Below are positions 1 through 9,246 of a DNA stretch of 64,000 nt, piece after piece (position 1 is the stretch's first letter; each line of letters starts with the position of its first letter). Made by a program: the position numbers and the translations under genes. Below the pieces are notes generated by a model, which was given only the letters and a program-made list of their open reading frames with translations, was not told the DNA's origin and did no database searches. The stretch lies in NCBI GenBank assembly GCA_945906935.1, contig CAMDSO010000003.1:13251-77250 (forward strand). Direction: 5' to 3'. The DNA is from Bordetella parapertussis (lineage in GTDB: Bacteria; Pseudomonadota; Gammaproteobacteria; Burkholderiales; SG8-41).

Positions 1-544
1 GGTCGAGCCCGGCAAACGCTTCGTGGCCGCGCGTCTTCGAGGGAACCGACAGGTGGTCCATCGTAAACCGCAGCCCGGGATGGCGCGCCACAATCGGTTC
101 GAGCAGGTGCAGCATCTGGTGTGGCACCAATACCATCACCGGCACACCGGCACGCTCTGCCGCCGGCCAGAACAGATCGAGCTTGCCATTGGTTAAGAGC
201 GGACGTTGCCATTCGGTATGAAAGGTCAGGCGTATCCCCAGCATGCCCGGGCTTTTGTGCCAATCGGCCAGCTCTTCCATTGCGCCGGGTCTTTCTGGAT
301 CCAGCCTGCCCATGACGGCAAAGCGGTCGGGATGAAGTTGCGCCGCTTCCAGCGCCAGATCATTGCGTTCACCCTCCCAGCCCGGTGGCACGATGATTAC
401 GCGATTAACGCCGGCGTCGTCCATCGCGCGCAGCAGTTCGTCCTTGCCCAACGGCACCGGGCGGTGCGGGGAGTGGCGTTTGGGCCACGGGCGTTCCGGT
501 GTGTCAGCGCCCCAGATATGTACCTGCGCATCAGCAATCATCAT
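1..544 (-). CDS. amidohydrolase-2 family metal-dependent hydrolase (N-terminal part; C-terminus runs off the window)
   Basis: Absent from the ORF track because it has no stop in the window. My reverse-strand translation from the ATG at 544 gives MMIADAQVHIWGADTPERPWP...GVNRVIIVPPGWEGERND...LRFTMDHL, typical of TIM-barrel amidohydrolase-2 proteins. It lies about 26 nt downstream of, and co-directional with, a Bug receptor gene. Confidence 0.7.
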   Translation of the reverse strand, partial: MMIADAQVHIWGADTPERPWPKRHSPHRPVPLGKDELLRAMDDAGVNRVIIVPPGWEGERNDLALEAAQLHPDRFAVMGRLDPERPGAMEELADWHKSPGMLGIRLTFHTEWQRPLLTNGKLDLFWPAAERAGVPVMVLVPHQMLHLLEPIVARHPGLRFTMDHLSVPSKTRGHEAFAGLD

Positions 545-570
545 GATGTGATCATTCCAATTTTGGTTAG

Positions 571-1542
571 CTAATCGACCCGCATGCCAGTTGCCTTGAC
601 CATTTTGCCGAACTTAACGATCTGGCCACGGATATAGACATCAAGCTCCTGCGGTGTGCTGCCGACGAGTTCAAGTCCCTGGGCGGCGGCCTGCTCGCGA
701 AGCTCATGGTTTTTGGCCATTTTCGACAGTTCGCTGCTCATGCGCGCGATGATTGCAGCCGGAGTGCCGGCCGGTGCGAGTACTCCATGCCAGGTCCCGA
801 TGTCATAGCCGGGAAGTGTTTCCGCCAGCGTTGGCACATCGGGTAGACGTGCGACGCGACGCGGGCCGCCGAGCGCCAGTACACGCAGGCGGCCGGAGCT
901 GATCAGCGGCAGCGCCGCCGGTAGCGTGACGAAGCTGACTTGCACTTCATTGGCGAGCAGTGCGTTGAGATTTTCCGCGGTGCCCTTGTAAGGCACGCGC
1001 ACGATGTCGATGCCCGCCATCAACTTGAGCAGCTCGCTGCCGATATGAGCGGATGATCCATTCGTGCCCGAGGCGTAATTCAGTTTGCCAGGGTTTGTTT
1101 TTGTGTAGTCAATCAGCTCACGAACAGTTTTTACAGGGAGTGATGGATGTGTCAGCAGCAGACTGTGTGTTAATGCGACCAGACTGACCGGCGCAAAATC
1201 CTTCAGCGGGTCATAGGGGAGTTTCGCGTGCAGGCTGGGTTGCACGGCATGACTCGTATTCGACATCAGTATGGTGTAACCATCGGGGCGCGCCTTGGCC
1301 GTGAGGTCGGATGCAATGACGCCACCGCCGCCAGGTCGGTTGTCGAGTACCACTGTCTGCCCCAGCCCTTCACCGAGAGCACGACCGGTGGTGCGTGCCA
1401 CCATGTCGGTGCTGCCCCCCGCAGAGGAAATAACGATCATGCGTATGGGCTTGTCTGGGAAAGTTGCTGCCGCTGCGACGATGCAACAAAGTACGCCTGT
1501 CGCGCCCAGCAAGATCTGGCGCAGCAGAAAAAATGAATTCAT
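571..1542 (-). CDS. Bug family (TctC-like) tripartite tricarboxylate transporter substrate-binding protein
   Basis: ORF 571..1707 trimmed to the internal ATG at 1542 (MNSFFLLRQILLGATGVLCCIVAAAATFPDKPIRMIV), which gives a signal peptide. Bug hallmarks are present: 'GGSTD..AR', 'VVLDNRPGGGG', 'PDGYT', 'VPYKG'. Confidence 0.9.
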   Translation of the reverse strand: MNSFFLLRQILLGATGVLCCIVAAAATFPDKPIRMIVISSAGGSTDMVARTTGRALGEGLGQTVVLDNRPGGGGVIASDLTAKARPDGYTILMSNTSHAVQPSLHAKLPYDPLKDFAPVSLVALTHSLLLTHPSLPVKTVRELIDYTKTNPGKLNYASGTNGSSAHIGSELLKLMAGIDIVRVPYKGTAENLNALLANEVQVSFVTLPAALPLISSGRLRVLALGGPRRVARLPDVPTLAETLPGYDIGTWHGVLAPAGTPAAIIARMSSELSKMAKNHELREQAAAQGLELVGSTPQELDVYIRGQIVKFGKMVKATGMRVD

Positions 1543-1748
1543 CGGGAGTGTGGCCTGCGGTCGATTGCGAAAACGAGGCGCAACGATACGGGGCGGATGC
1601 TGCAATGTAAAGTGTGACTGTGTGCTGCGGGCCGCGCACCTATTGATGGCGGTTCGGTGTGGGGGTGCAGTGTTAAACTCAGCGCCCGCTGCGTGCAACG
1701 ATTGCATGCGTCTCGCGCCCCCAATTTTTTACCGCCGGCACACCGATC

Positions 1749-2792
1749 ATGTTGATATTGTCGAACGATGATGCAGAAAAACTCCTGACGATGGGCGATT
1801 GCATCGCCGCGCTTGAGCTGGTTTATCGCGAAATGGCCGAGGGACGCGCCGCCAATGCCACGCGCTCGGATGCGGTGACGCTGACTTCGCGCGCTGACAC
1901 GGTGTATTCGCTGAAAATGATGGGCGGTGTGGTGCAGCGTAGCGGCATCGGTGTCGTGCGCATCAACTCCGATATTCTCTCGTTTACCAACAAGCGGCAG
2001 ATCAAATTGCCGCTCGCGCCGGGTAATCGTTACACCGGACTCGTTTTGTTGTTCAGCGTTGAAACCGGCGAGCCGCTGGCGATTTTCCCAGACGGCATTT
2101 TGCAGCGCATGCGTGTTGGGGCGACCTCGGCGCTGGCCGCACGTTATCTGGCGCGCAGTGATGCGACAACAGTGGCGGTGATCGGTGCTGGTTGGCAGGC
2201 CGGCGGTCATGTGATGGCGGTTGCCGCCCTGCGCACGCTCGACGAGATTCGCTGCTACAGCCCGACAAGCGAAAAACGCGAAGCGTTTTGTCGCCAGATG
2301 GGCGAGTCGCTTGGCGTCAGGGTTACTGCGATGGCAAGCGCCGAAGAGGCCGTGCGGGGCGCCGGTATCGTGTTGTGCGCCACCAACGCCTCGCAGCATG
2401 TGTTCAGACGTGACTGGGTTGAGCCGGGCATGCATGTCGGCACCATACGCGGACCGGAGCTCGAGCCTGCGGTGGTGCTGGACGCGGATGTGGCGGCGGT
2501 GAATGATCGTGTGGTGCACGAAAACGTCAGCACAACCCGCGGCGTGGTGTTGCCGAAGAACCGGCATACGATCGAAGGCTTTGACGTCGCGACCGCACCG
2601 ACGCTTGCCGAGTTGGTGGCCGGCATGGCTCGCGGGCGTGTATCGCCAGAACAGAAAACTGTTTTCGTCAATCTGCCCGGCCTCGGTCTGCAATTTGCCG
2701 CCGTCGGTGCCGCGCTCTATCAGAAGGCGCGTACGGCGGGCCATGGCCACGAGCTGCCGACGGAATGGTTTACCGAGGATGTTGTGCCTTGA
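1749..2792 (+). CDS. ornithine cyclodeaminase / mu-crystallin family protein
   Basis: 347-aa ORF starting MLILSNDDAEKLLTMGDCIAALELVYREMAEG. It has the Rossmann motif 'VAVIGAGWQAG' and family-typical length and layout. It is divergent from the Bug gene. Confidence 0.85.
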   Translation: MLILSNDDAEKLLTMGDCIAALELVYREMAEGRAANATRSDAVTLTSRADTVYSLKMMGGVVQRSGIGVVRINSDILSFTNKRQIKLPLAPGNRYTGLVLLFSVETGEPLAIFPDGILQRMRVGATSALAARYLARSDATTVAVIGAGWQAGGHVMAVAALRTLDEIRCYSPTSEKREAFCRQMGESLGVRVTAMASAEEAVRGAGIVLCATNASQHVFRRDWVEPGMHVGTIRGPELEPAVVLDADVAAVNDRVVHENVSTTRGVVLPKNRHTIEGFDVATAPTLAELVAGMARGRVSPEQKTVFVNLPGLGLQFAAVGAALYQKARTAGHGHELPTEWFTEDVVP

Positions 2793-2805
2793 GAGGAGTA
2801 TGCCA

Positions 2806-3732
2806 ATGAACGCGCCTGTCGCAAAAGAGTTGCCACCGCACGGCTACAGCATCACACGGGCGGTGCGTGGCTCGGCGATTCCGATGGAACTGACGTTCGT
2901 GCTGACGCGCGACGAAATTTATGTACCGATCGGTATTCGCAAGCCGGCCGGCGACGGGCCGTTTCCGGTGATTACCATGGGGCGCGGCGACGGCAAAGGC
3001 GGCGTGCCGCATCTGGAGGCGCAGGTCGAACTGCTGGCCTCGATGCAGGATGAAATGATCAAGCGCGGCTATGTGGTGGTGTATGTCAACTATCGTAACG
3101 AAGTGCCACACCTCTACGAAAATATCGCGCGCGCGGAAAATTTGCCGGATGACATCAGCGGTGGCGTGCGGCGCACCGTCAAGTCATCGCCGACGCTGGA
3201 TTCTGATGACCTGATTGCAATCTTTAAATATCTGCGCAGCCTGCCGTATGTGGATCCTGATGCAATCGGTGCAATCGGCGTGAGTCACAGTGGTGAGATG
3301 ATTTTGAAGGTTGCTGCTGAAATGGATTTCGGTGCCGGGGTGGCGATCGAGGGCGCCTCGCACGAATTCATCAGCGTCAACACCGGCCCGTCGGCACCAC
3401 GCAAGGGCACCGAAATCCAGTATCAGGACATCGCGGTGGTGCGCAAAAACGCCGACAAGGCGCGGGCGCTGGAGCGGATCCGCCGTATCAACACGCCCAT
3501 CCTGCATCTGGCGCGCGACAGCGATCATCTGCAGGGCATCTTCAGACTGGTGCATGAGTGGATGCTGGAGGCCGGCAAGGATTCCACCCTGGTCAGTTTT
3601 GATCATCCCTCGCATGGCTACCCGTATATTTATCGCAAGCCCGACGGGGACTACCAGCCAGGGCCGATGCAGCAGGAAGCGTTTGATTTATTCATGGCGT
3701 TCTTTGACCGGCATTTGCAGCGGCGCCCCTGA
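2806..3732 (+). CDS. alpha/beta hydrolase (dienelactone hydrolase / S9-like)
   Basis: ORF 2503..3732 trimmed. GGAG at 2795-2798 is spaced 7 nt from the ATG at 2806 (an in-frame ATG at 2800 is also possible). It has the nucleophile elbow 'GVSHSGE'. It starts 14 nt after the OCD-family stop, so the two are probably co-transcribed. Confidence 0.7.
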   Translation: MNAPVAKELPPHGYSITRAVRGSAIPMELTFVLTRDEIYVPIGIRKPAGDGPFPVITMGRGDGKGGVPHLEAQVELLASMQDEMIKRGYVVVYVNYRNEVPHLYENIARAENLPDDISGGVRRTVKSSPTLDSDDLIAIFKYLRSLPYVDPDAIGAIGVSHSGEMILKVAAEMDFGAGVAIEGASHEFISVNTGPSAPRKGTEIQYQDIAVVRKNADKARALERIRRINTPILHLARDSDHLQGIFRLVHEWMLEAGKDSTLVSFDHPSHGYPYIYRKPDGDYQPGPMQQEAFDLFMAFFDRHLQRRP

Positions 3733-3872
3733 CTCTGCCGCGGTCTACACGATGTCGATGTGCGCTGAACAGAGTGGCGTCGCGCAATCGAACGCTGTTG
3801 CGGCGGGCCATTGAGGGTGTGCGCGCGCGGATGTGGCGCCCTTGACGACGACTATGCGAAAATCCACCGCTC

Positions 3873-3948
3873 GCCGGGTTAGCTCAGTTGGTAGAGCAGC
3901 GGTTTTGTAAACCGAAGGTCGCGGGTTCGATCCCTGCACCCGGCACCA
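3873..3948 (+). tRNA. tRNA-Thr (anticodon UGU)
   Basis: Sequence GCCGGGTTAGCTCAGTTGGTAGAGCAGCGGTTTTGTAAACCGAAGGTCGCGGGTTCGATCCCTGCACCCGGCACCA. The acceptor stem gccgggt/acccggc, D-loop, T-arm GGTTCGATCC and encoded CCA are all present. The anticodon loop 'ttTGTaa' gives UGU. Confidence 0.95.
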
Positions 3949-4188
3949 TCTCCAGCCGTTACCGCACGCTGCCTTGGAAACCTGCCATAATGCCGCCCGT
4001 ACCGAAGTTGCGGCATGGAGGGGCTGGTATTTCTCAAGGGCGGATGATAGCTTGCAGCCTTAGCGGGAACCTCTGGCACAGGCGGCGGTCGATAGTTGCG
4101 CGGGACTTGAAAACGGTTGCGCAACCCCATACAAGTGAAAAAATCACGCGCGGCCGGCAGCGGCTGGTTGACGTGGTGGAGGATCATA

Positions 4189-5145
4189 ATGATCAAAGTT
4201 GAAAATCTGGTGAAGTCTTTCGGCGCCAAACGCGCCGTGGACGATGTTTCTTTCAGTGTCGAGCGCGGCGAAGTGCTCGGCTTTCTCGGGCCCAACGGTG
4301 CCGGCAAATCCACAACCATGCGCATAATCACGGGCTTCTACCCGCCGAGCTCGGGACGGGTGACCGTCGGTGGCTTCGATATTGTCGAAGATCCGTTGCC
4401 CGCCAAACGCCTGATCGGCTATCTGCCAGAGAATGCGCCGGGCTACGCCGACATGACGGTGTTCGGTTTTCTGGCCTTTGCCGCCGACTTGCGCGGCCTC
4501 ACCGGGGACGCCAAGAAGAAGGCGATTCACCGCTCAGTCGAGACGTGCATGCTCGAAGGGGTGCTCTACCAGACCATCGACACCCTGTCGAAGGGCTACA
4601 AACACCGCACCTGTCTGGCGCAGTCGATCATTCATGATCCGGACATCCTGATTCTTGACGAGCCAACCGACGGCCTCGATCCCAACCAGAAGCACGAGGT
4701 GCGTGGACTCATCAAGCGCATGGGCGAGAAGAAGGCGATCGTTTTCTCGACACACATTCTCGAAGAAGTCGAAGCCGCCTGCTCGCGCGTGATCATCATC
4801 GACCGCGGGCGCGTGGTGGCCAACGGCACGCCGCAGGAACTCAAGGCACGTTCGGAAACCGCTGGTGCGGTTCATTTGTCGGTGCGTGGCACCGCCGCCG
4901 CTGCCATCATGGAAAAACTCGCTGCCGTGTCGGCGCGCAGTGAAGTTCTCTCCGAGCAGGGTGGTCTTGCCGTGGTGCGGGCTTATCCGCAGACGCGCGG
5001 CGGCAACGCCGCGTTTGTCGGCAGCGTCGCCGAACTGGCGCAACGTGAACAATGGAAGCTCGACGAGCTTCATGTCGAGGAGGGGCGCATGGACGATGTG
5101 TTCCGCAGCATCACATTGCCTGACACCATCAAGAGGGCCGCATAA
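4189..5145 (+). CDS. ABC transporter ATP-binding protein (GldA-like, ABC-2 type)
   Basis: ORF 4117..5145 trimmed to the ATG at 4189, 6 nt after GGAGG (4178-4182). Walker A 'GPNGAGKST', signature 'LSKGYKHR' and Walker B 'LILDEPT' are present. Confidence 0.9.
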   Translation: MIKVENLVKSFGAKRAVDDVSFSVERGEVLGFLGPNGAGKSTTMRIITGFYPPSSGRVTVGGFDIVEDPLPAKRLIGYLPENAPGYADMTVFGFLAFAADLRGLTGDAKKKAIHRSVETCMLEGVLYQTIDTLSKGYKHRTCLAQSIIHDPDILILDEPTDGLDPNQKHEVRGLIKRMGEKKAIVFSTHILEEVEAACSRVIIIDRGRVVANGTPQELKARSETAGAVHLSVRGTAAAAIMEKLAAVSARSEVLSEQGGLAVVRAYPQTRGGNAAFVGSVAELAQREQWKLDELHVEEGRMDDVFRSITLPDTIKRAA

Positions 5146-5888
5146 TGGGCGCATGGAATAATATCAAGGCGATTATGAAGCGCGAGCTCGGCGGTTATTT
5201 CACGTCGCCGGTGGCTTACGTGTTTCTGGTGATCTTTCTGTTGCTGACCGGTTTTTTCACTTTCACGGTCGGTAATTTCTTCGAGCGCGGCGAAGCCTCG
5301 CTGGTGTCGTTTTTCACCTGGCACCCCTGGCTTTACCTGTTTCTGGTGCCAGCTGCTGGTATGCGTCTGTGGTCTGAAGAGCGCCGCCTTGGCACGCTCG
5401 AATTGCTGCTGACCATGCCGATCACGACGTGGCAGGCGATCGTTGGCAAATTCCTCGCTTCCTGGCTGTTTCTCGGTATTGCGCTGGCGCTGACTTTCCC
5501 AGTATGGATCACGGTGAACTGGCTGGGCAGCCCTGACAACGGCGTGATTTTCGCCGGTTACGTCGGCAGCCTGATGTTGGCGGGTTCTTATCTGGCGATC
5601 AGCTGCATGACTTCGGCGATGACGCGTAACCAGGTCATCAGTTTCATCGTTTCGGTGATGCTCTGCCTGTTTCTGATCCTGGCCGGTTTCACTCCCGTCA
5701 CCGATCTCTTGGTGCGCTGGGCCAATCCGGCGGTGGTGCAGACCATTGCTTCGTTCAGTGTGATGACGCATTTTGAAAGCTTTCAGCGTGGCGTCATCGA
5801 CTTGCGCGACGTAATGTTCTTCGCTTCCTTGATGGGCTTCGCCTTGTTTACCACCGGTGTGGTCATTCGCGGCCATCGCGCGGGTTAG
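5145..5888 (+). CDS. ABC-2 type transporter permease (GldF-like)
   Basis: 247-aa polytopic membrane ORF. Its start overlaps the ATPase stop (TAATG). The text is typical of ABC-2 permeases: 'ELGGYFTSPVAYVFL', 'EERRLGTLELLLT'. Confidence 0.85.
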   Translation: MGAWNNIKAIMKRELGGYFTSPVAYVFLVIFLLLTGFFTFTVGNFFERGEASLVSFFTWHPWLYLFLVPAAGMRLWSEERRLGTLELLLTMPITTWQAIVGKFLASWLFLGIALALTFPVWITVNWLGSPDNGVIFAGYVGSLMLAGSYLAISCMTSAMTRNQVISFIVSVMLCLFLILAGFTPVTDLLVRWANPAVVQTIASFSVMTHFESFQRGVIDLRDVMFFASLMGFALFTTGVVIRGHRAG

Positions 5889-5897
5889 GAACAGATC

Positions 5898-7790
5898 ATG
5901 AATAAAAAACATCTCGAACAACTGCTCTATTCAGCCGGCGGCGTCGCTGCCCTAGTCGTCATTCTGATCGCGGCGAACTTCATTATCAGCTCGCTCAACC
6001 TGCGTGCTGATCTGACGCAGGGCAGCGTCTATACGCTGTCGCCAGGCACCAAGGCGATCCTGTCGAAGCTCGAAGCGCCAGTCAAAATCCGCTACTACTA
6101 TTCGCAGGGCAACAGTGCACTGCCTGTTGGCCTAAAGACTTTTGCGAAACGTGTTGAAGATTTGCTCGGCGAATTTGCGCGTGCCGGTGGCGGCAAGGTG
6201 ATCATCGAACGGCTCAACCCGGAGCCTGATTCGGACGCCGAGGAATCAGCGATCCTAGACGGCATCGAAGGTCAGCTGACGAACACCCAGGAAAAGTTTT
6301 ATCTTGGTCTGTCGGTGGCCTTCCTTGATCAGAAGTTCCCGTTGCCGGTGCTCGCGCCGGACCGCGAACAACTGCTCGAATATGACATCACACGTGCGAT
6401 CACGCGCGTTGCTTCCACCACTAAACCGGTGATCGGTGTGATGAGCGGGCTGCCGGTGCTCGGGCGGCCGCTCAATCCGATGAAAAAACAGCAGCCGTCT
6501 GACCCGTGGACGCTGATGACCGAGTTGCAAAATCTGTTTACGGTAAAAAAGATTGAACTGGATACCGACAAGATCCCCGACGAGATCAAGGTGCTGCTGG
6601 TGATCCATCCGCGCGATATCCAGGAGACCGCGGAATTCGCCATCGACCAGTTCGTATTGCGCGGCGGCAAGCTGATCGCCTTCATGGATTCTTTTGCTTA
6701 CTTCGATCAGCAACCCGATATGCAAAACCCTCTGGGTGGCACTGCGGCTGGACAGTCCACCTTCTTTCGCCTGCTCAAACATTGGGGCTACGGCATGGAG
6801 ATGGGCAAGGTCGTTGCCGATTTGACCTACGCCAGCGGCGCGGGTCCGCGTATCCTGCCGACGCTGCTGTCGCTGCCGCAGGACGCTTTGAACAAGGATG
6901 ATGTGGTGACCAGCCGCGTTGGTCAGTTGCTGATACCGTTTTCGAGTGTTTTCACCGGTAAACCGGCCGAGGGACTCACGCAAAGCGTGCTGGTGCAGAC
7001 TTCACCGAACGCGATGCTGGCCGATCTGATCATCGCCACGCTCTCCGGCGAGCCATCAACGCGCGGTTTTCAGCCCAACGGCACGCCTTATCCGATCGCT
7101 ATACGCGTCTCCGGAAAGTTCAAGACGGCCTTTCCGGAAGGCAAGCCAAAACCGTATGAGCCGCCGCGCGACCCGAAGAAGGGCGGCGCCAAGGTAGATG
7201 AAGCGAAGGCGGATACATCGCTGAAAGAGTCAGCGCAGGAAAATTCGGTGGTGCTCGTTTCCGACGTCGACATGCTGACCGACAACGCCGCGGTTGAAGT
7301 GCAGGAAGTGTTCGGTCAGAAAGTGATCGTGCCGCGCAACGGTAACTTGAACTTTGCGCAAAGCCTGGTCGAACAGGTGGCCGGTGATTTTGATCTGACT
7401 GGTTTGCGCAGTCGCGCCGCCTTCACGCGTCCGCTCACGGTGATTCAGCAGATGGAGTCCCGCGCACAGCAGAACTACCTGGGCAAGATCAAGGAGCTCG
7501 AAGATACATTGCAGCAGACGCAGGAGAAACTTACTGCCCTGCAGAAGCAGCGCGGCGGTACGCAAAGCTCGGTGCTTACGCCGGAACAGCAGACGGAGGT
7601 TGATAATTTTCGCAAGAAGACCACCGAAACCAAACGCGATCTGAAAGACCTGCGCAAGAATTTGCGTGAGGAAAGTGAGCTGTTGCAGTTCTGGACCAAG
7701 CTCGTCAACATCGGCACGGTGCCGTTACTGGTAGTGATACTCGGTGTCGTGCTGGCGATGATGCGCCGGCGGAAGGTGGCTGCCAAATGA
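5898..7790 (+). CDS. GldG-like ABC transport auxiliary component
   Basis: 630-aa ORF with an N-terminal TM segment, a large soluble region, a C-terminal coiled-coil ('KIKELEDTLQQTQEKLTALQKQ') and a terminal TM segment. Its position after GldA/GldF-like genes is the canonical arrangement. Confidence 0.75.
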   Translation: MNKKHLEQLLYSAGGVAALVVILIAANFIISSLNLRADLTQGSVYTLSPGTKAILSKLEAPVKIRYYYSQGNSALPVGLKTFAKRVEDLLGEFARAGGGKVIIERLNPEPDSDAEESAILDGIEGQLTNTQEKFYLGLSVAFLDQKFPLPVLAPDREQLLEYDITRAITRVASTTKPVIGVMSGLPVLGRPLNPMKKQQPSDPWTLMTELQNLFTVKKIELDTDKIPDEIKVLLVIHPRDIQETAEFAIDQFVLRGGKLIAFMDSFAYFDQQPDMQNPLGGTAAGQSTFFRLLKHWGYGMEMGKVVADLTYASGAGPRILPTLLSLPQDALNKDDVVTSRVGQLLIPFSSVFTGKPAEGLTQSVLVQTSPNAMLADLIIATLSGEPSTRGFQPNGTPYPIAIRVSGKFKTAFPEGKPKPYEPPRDPKKGGAKVDEAKADTSLKESAQENSVVLVSDVDMLTDNAAVEVQEVFGQKVIVPRNGNLNFAQSLVEQVAGDFDLTGLRSRAAFTRPLTVIQQMESRAQQNYLGKIKELEDTLQQTQEKLTALQKQRGGTQSSVLTPEQQTEVDNFRKKTTETKRDLKDLRKNLREESELLQFWTKLVNIGTVPLLVVILGVVLAMMRRRKVAAK

Positions 7791-8977
7791 ACCGCAAATC
7801 GTTTTTGACCCTGTTGGTGGTGTTAGCCGTGCTGGGTGGCGCGGGCCTCGGACTGTTCTGGAACGATCTGAGTTCCTGGCGCAAGGCCGATGCAAAAATC
7901 GGCTCCAAGCTGTTTGAAAAACTCCCCGTCACTGATATCGCCCAGATCGAGTTGACCGATGGCAAGGGCAGTATGCGCCTGGTTGTCAAGGACAAGCGTT
8001 GGGTGGTCGAAGAGCGTAACGGCTACGGTGGCAACAACCAGGACATTGGCGACTTGCTGATTAAGTTGACCGAACTCAAGGTTGTGCAAACCGAAACGGT
8101 GGGCGATTCACTGCTGCCGCGCCTCAATTTGGTCGATCCGGGCAAGGGCGATGGCAAAGATGCCAAGGCCGCCGAGACCATGGCTACGCGTCTTGAGCTG
8201 TTTGACGCGGCAGGCAAGTCTGCAGCCACCATTCTGCTGGGCAAGAAAGTGATTAAGACTGAGGACAGCCCCCTGCCGATCAAGCCGCAGACGCCAGTCG
8301 GCCGTTATGTCTTGATGCCGGGTAGTGCGACCGTGTTGGTGGTATCGGATGCGCTGGTCGTGGCTGAAGCTAATCCGGCACGCTGGCTTGCCAAGAGTTT
8401 TTTCAAGGCTGAGCGTATCCGTAGCCTTGCCGCTGGCGGTGAGGGCGCGCAATGGAAACTCGCGCGGCCTGAAGAATACGGCCAGTGGAAGTTTGTGGAT
8501 GGTGGCGGCGAGCTTGATGCCAGTGCCGCTGTGGGCGCGGTTAACGCGCTGGCCAATCTTGCGTTTTCGGACGTGGCGGTTGGCGTGAAAGCGGAGAACA
8601 TGGTCAAGCCGCGCAGTTTTGTCGCCGAGACCTATGACAACCTCGTCTATACCGTCAAGATCGCCAAACAGCCCGAGGGCGACGACTATTACCTCACGGT
8701 TGCGGTTGTTGGCGAACCACCACGTGAACGCAAAGCGGAAAAAGGTGAGAAGGCTGAAGACAAAGAGCGGCTCGATAAACAGTTTGCGGAGACGCTGGTC
8801 AAACTGGATGAGCGTGTGAAGGCCGAGAAGAATTTGTCTGTCTGGACCTTCGTCGTTCCGGGCAAGACATTAGAGCCGTTGCTGAAAGATCGTGCCGCTC
8901 TGATCGCCAAGCCGCGTCAGCCTGGTGCGGGCGGGCCACCGGGCATGCCGCCGGGTATGTTCCCGGGTATGCGCTAG
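7787..8977 (+). CDS. DUF4340 domain-containing protein
   Basis: 396-aa ORF with an ATGA start/stop overlap with the GldG-like gene. It has an N-terminal signal-anchor, a Lys/Glu-rich segment and a Gly/Pro/Met tail (GGPPGMPPGMFPGMR). It is the usual fourth gene of this ABC cluster. Confidence 0.65.
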   Translation: MNRKSFLTLLVVLAVLGGAGLGLFWNDLSSWRKADAKIGSKLFEKLPVTDIAQIELTDGKGSMRLVVKDKRWVVEERNGYGGNNQDIGDLLIKLTELKVVQTETVGDSLLPRLNLVDPGKGDGKDAKAAETMATRLELFDAAGKSAATILLGKKVIKTEDSPLPIKPQTPVGRYVLMPGSATVLVVSDALVVAEANPARWLAKSFFKAERIRSLAAGGEGAQWKLARPEEYGQWKFVDGGGELDASAAVGAVNALANLAFSDVAVGVKAENMVKPRSFVAETYDNLVYTVKIAKQPEGDDYYLTVAVVGEPPRERKAEKGEKAEDKERLDKQFAETLVKLDERVKAEKNLSVWTFVVPGKTLEPLLKDRAALIAKPRQPGAGGPPGMPPGMFPGMR

Positions 8978-9035
8978 AAAATCTGCGCATTACGACGCAG
9001 TAGCGATCACCCTACACCAAGCGCGGAGCCTGCTC

Positions 9036-9230
9036 ATGAAATTCAAGGATATTCTCAAGTCGCCGGTCTTTGCGCGTGGCCATCTCTGGCCATTTGAAAA
9101 ACGCAAGCAGCAGTATGAGTCGGACGTCACCGCACTGGTGCGCAAGATGCAGGAGGATGAAAGCATCCGGCGTGATCAGAGCTTCGCCTGGAACCGTTGG
9201 CGTGCCGACGATCGCGCGACAACCCGCTAG
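9036..9230 (+). CDS. small conserved hypothetical protein (DUF3460-like)
   Basis: Internal ATG of ORF 8925..9230 with GGAG 7 nt upstream. The product is MKFKDILKSPVFARGHLWPFEKRKQQYESDVTALVRKMQEDESIRRDQSFAWNRWRADD. The pattern 'YESD.T..V...Q.D.S.R.DQ...W..W' resembles DUF3460 proteins from memory. Confidence 0.45.
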   Translation: MKFKDILKSPVFARGHLWPFEKRKQQYESDVTALVRKMQEDESIRRDQSFAWNRWRADDRATTR

Positions 9231-9246
9231 GCTGTTGCAGCGCGGC

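Noticed and set aside
1539-2750. Long antisense ORFs throughout the window (for example 1539..2750-, 12115..12945-, 23219..24112+, 39160..40335+, 53196..54491-, 55626..56285-).
   Set aside because: Each lies opposite a gene with clear family motifs. Their translations are Arg/His/Gly/Pro-rich low-complexity strings with no recognisable motifs or RBS. This is the expected artefact of stop-codon-poor frames in GC-rich DNA.
3873-4188. tRNA-Thr as the integration site of a genomic island carrying the GldAFG-like operon.
   Set aside because: No integrase, transposase or phage genes follow. I found no direct repeat of the tRNA 3' end by eye; only a 10-nt chance match 'ggttcgatcc' occurs near 20570. 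The composition of the downstream genes looks like the rest of the window.
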